Shown here piece by piece: positions 16,521 to 18,967 of a stretch of DNA of 18,967 nucleotides. How positions within the stretch are numbered: position 1 is the stretch's first letter; every line of letters begins with the position of its first letter. Under the pieces are notes generated by a model. It was not told the origin of the DNA. It saw only the letters and a list, made by a program, of their open reading frames with translations, and did not search any database. The translations under genes were made by a program, and so were the position numbers. The stretch comes from a bacterium (GTDB lineage Bacteria; Babelota; Babeliae; Babelales; RVW-14): positions 1 to 18,967 of the forward strand of contig JBDRBF010000011.1 of NCBI GenBank assembly GCA_043822925.1. Reading direction: 5' to 3'.

Positions 16521-17180
16521 ATGGCTACCCGTTGTGCCAAGCAAAGTCAAAAGACTTCTGAGGCAAAAATAATAAAACCAGTAAAAATAGATGAAATAAT
16601 CTTGGTTGTTCCAAAGTCTGATTTATTCAAAAAAGAAATAGTACAGGGCTTGAGTGCGATTAGTAATTTTGCTGAGTATGTGCAGGTAATAGAAAAACAT
16701 AAAAAGTTTATAGCGCGTTCAGAAGCTGAGCTTGATTTAACGTATAAACAAATTATTCCGTATCTTGTTTTTAGCTTTCAGGATAAATATTTCTTAATGC
16801 AGCGCCAAAGTACAGCAAGCGAAACACGTTTAAAAAGTAAATACTCATTTGGTATCGGTGGACATATTAGAGAAGAAGATATAACTGGTTCAGATATGAT
16901 GGGCTGGGCTGCGCGGGAATTTGCTGAAGAAGTTGAATATTCAGGTTCTTATACTATAATCCCGCTGGGTCTGTTGAATGATGAGCGAGATGCTGTTGGG
17001 CAAGTGCATACGGGGTTTGTATTTTTGCTTAAGGGTAACTCTGATGCTATTTCTGTGAAATCTGAGTTAAAAACGGGCGAATTGCTAACGCTTGAAGAAT
17101 GTAAGAATTATTATGATGGCATGGAAACCTGGTCGCAGTATATTTTTGATTTTTTAACAAATAATAGAACAAAATTTTAA
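16521..17180 (+). CDS. Predicted NUDIX-family phosphoesterase (YmaB/COG4112-like)
   Basis: AExDxTYKQIIPY, ExRLxxKYSFGIGGHI, AAREFAEEV (Nudix-box-like), VGQVHTG. GGGGAG SD. Confidence 0.85.
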   Translation: MATRCAKQSQKTSEAKIIKPVKIDEIILVVPKSDLFKKEIVQGLSAISNFAEYVQVIEKHKKFIARSEAELDLTYKQIIPYLVFSFQDKYFLMQRQSTASETRLKSKYSFGIGGHIREEDITGSDMMGWAAREFAEEVEYSGSYTIIPLGLLNDERDAVGQVHTGFVFLLKGNSDAISVKSELKTGELLTLEECKNYYDGMETWSQYIFDFLTNNRTKF

Positions 17181-17204
17181 ATAAACTTAATTAAAGGGTC
17201 TTAC

Positions 17205-18967
17205 GTGAAAAATCTTCTTACTCAAGAGTTAAAGCGGTTACTACAAGAAAAAGCGCTTGATATCAGAATAGATTCTGTCCGTGCAACAACAGCAAGCAAA
17301 TCTGGTCATCCGACTACGTGTCTGTCTGCGGCTGATATTATTGCAACGTTGTTTTTTCATGAAATGAGATATGATTTTAAGAATCCAAAAGCAGCTAATA
17401 ACGATAGGTTTATTTTGTCCAAGGGGCATGCGGTACCGGTTGTGTATGCAGCATACAAAGCGCTTGGGGTAATAACAGACCAAGATTTATTATCTTTACG
17501 TAATATAGATTCGATTTTTGAAGGGCATCCTACGCCACGCTTTGTATATAACGAAGCAGCAACTGGTTCTTTGGGCCAAGGCTTAGGCATAGGCGTAGGC
17601 ATGGCGCTTAATGCTCGGCATGAGAAATTGGATTATCATACATATGTTATGATGGGCGACGGCGAAATAAGCGAGGGCTCTATTTGGGAAGCTGCAGATT
17701 TGGCTGCGCATTATAAATTAGATAATCTTATTGGAATTGTTGATTGTAACCGTTTGGGTCAAACAGGCAGCGTAGCGCATGACCATGATGTGCAAGGTTA
17801 TGCAAATAAGTTTACGGCTTTTGGTTGGCGCGTGCATGTTATTGATGGACACGATTTTGATGAAATATTTGCGGCTTTTGATGCTATAACACACACCAAA
17901 GATACGCCCACTATGATTATTGCTAAAACATATAAGGGCTATGGGCTTAAAAGTATTCAGGATAAAGTTGGGTATCATGGCAAGCCATTTACACAAGACG
18001 AGCTTGGTGGCGTTATTGCTGATTTACAAGAATTTTTTGGTTTAAAATGGGAGCCTGAAAATAATAAGCCCGCAAAAATTACGTATGAAAAAATACAAGA
18101 AAATAAACAAGTAATTACGCTTGATCTAACTCAAGATAAAAATACGGGTTTATTTGATAAGAATAAAAAAATGGCTACTCGCAAAGCCTATGGGTATGCG
18201 CTTGCTGCATTAGGGCATGCAAGTAAAGATGTTTTTGCGCTTGATGCAGACGTAAAAAATTCGACGTACACAGAGATCTTTGAAAAAGAATTTCCTGAAC
18301 GTACTATTCAGTGTTTTATTGCTGAACAAAATATGGTGAGCGTTGCAACTGGTTTGCAGGCGCGGGGCAAGATAGCGTTTGCGGCGACTTTTGGTGCTTT
18401 TTTAACGCGCGCACATGATCAGATTAGAATGGCTGGTATTGGGCGAAATGCTCTTAGATTGTGTGGGTCTCATTGTGGGGTTTCGATTGGCGAAGATGGC
18501 CCATCTCAGATGGCACTTGAAGATATAAGCATGATGCGGGCTATCCCGGATTCGATTGTGTTATATCCAAGCGACGCTGTCTGTGCATATAAACTCACAG
18601 AGCTTATGGCTAATTATCACGCGGGTATCTCTTTTTTAAGAACAACACGTGCCGAGTTGCCGGTGATTTACGATAAAAACGAAGATTTTGTTATAGGTGG
18701 CTGCAAAGTACTTAAACAAAGTAAGCAAGATAAAGCATGCATAGTTGCAGCCGGTATCACGTTATATGAAGCGCTTAAAGCATACGAAATACTTAAGGCT
18801 CAAGATATAACTGTTTCTGTTATAGACTTATATTCAGTAAAACCCCTAGATACTCAAACATTGAGATTAGTTGCCGAAGCTTCTGGTAATAAGATAATAA
18901 CAGTAGAAGACCATTATCCAGAAGGCGGCATCGGCGAGGCTGTTAAGAGTGCTTTGGCTAACGAGGC
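17205..18967 (+). CDS. tkt: Transketolase (single-chain, animal-type-like), 3'-truncated by window edge; missing from the ORF track
   Basis: GTG 17205 after AAAGGG. Translation gives SGHPTTCLS, DRFILSKGHA, EGHPTP, ATGSLGQGLG, ThDP motif GDGEISEGSIWEA...N, FIAEQNMV, GEDGPSQMALED, TVEDHYPEGGIGEAV. Confidence 0.96.
   Translation, partial: MKNLLTQELKRLLQEKALDIRIDSVRATTASKSGHPTTCLSAADIIATLFFHEMRYDFKNPKAANNDRFILSKGHAVPVVYAAYKALGVITDQDLLSLRNIDSIFEGHPTPRFVYNEAATGSLGQGLGIGVGMALNARHEKLDYHTYVMMGDGEISEGSIWEAADLAAHYKLDNLIGIVDCNRLGQTGSVAHDHDVQGYANKFTAFGWRVHVIDGHDFDEIFAAFDAITHTKDTPTMIIAKTYKGYGLKSIQDKVGYHGKPFTQDELGGVIADLQEFFGLKWEPENNKPAKITYEKIQENKQVITLDLTQDKNTGLFDKNKKMATRKAYGYALAALGHASKDVFALDADVKNSTYTEIFEKEFPERTIQCFIAEQNMVSVATGLQARGKIAFAATFGAFLTRAHDQIRMAGIGRNALRLCGSHCGVSIGEDGPSQMALEDISMMRAIPDSIVLYPSDAVCAYKLTELMANYHAGISFLRTTRAELPVIYDKNEDFVIGGCKVLKQSKQDKACIVAAGITLYEALKAYEILKAQDITVSVIDLYSVKPLDTQTLRLVAEASGNKIITVEDHYPEGGIGEAVKSALANE

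Overview
AT-rich bacterial chromosomal window. The gene content (many signal-peptide LRR/ankyrin-like orphans, C11 proteases, animal-type transketolase) suggests an intracellular protist parasite such as Ca. Babelota/Dependentiae (TM6); this is inference only. Left to right: 3' part of an LRR gene; a 22-bp perfect hairpin; a DUF433/DUF5615 (VapBC45-like) toxin-antitoxin pair; a 469-bp decayed copy of the leuS 3' region, collapsed by three microhomology-bounded deletions; a second LRR gene followed by an inverted copy of the same hairpin; intact leuS; a ~9 kb array of four secreted clostripain-family (C11) cysteine proteases interleaved with four opposite-strand secreted orphans (three 'MQTKK...Met26' paralogs and one methyltransferase-fold-like protein); two decaying secreted-protein pseudogenes; a YmaB-like NUDIX protein; and a transketolase running off the right edge. 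The best candidates for new biology are the C11 protease array with hypervariable activation linkers, the neighbouring 'signal peptide + second Met + presequence-like' protein family, and the leuS-anchored duplication that appears to stack LRR genes.
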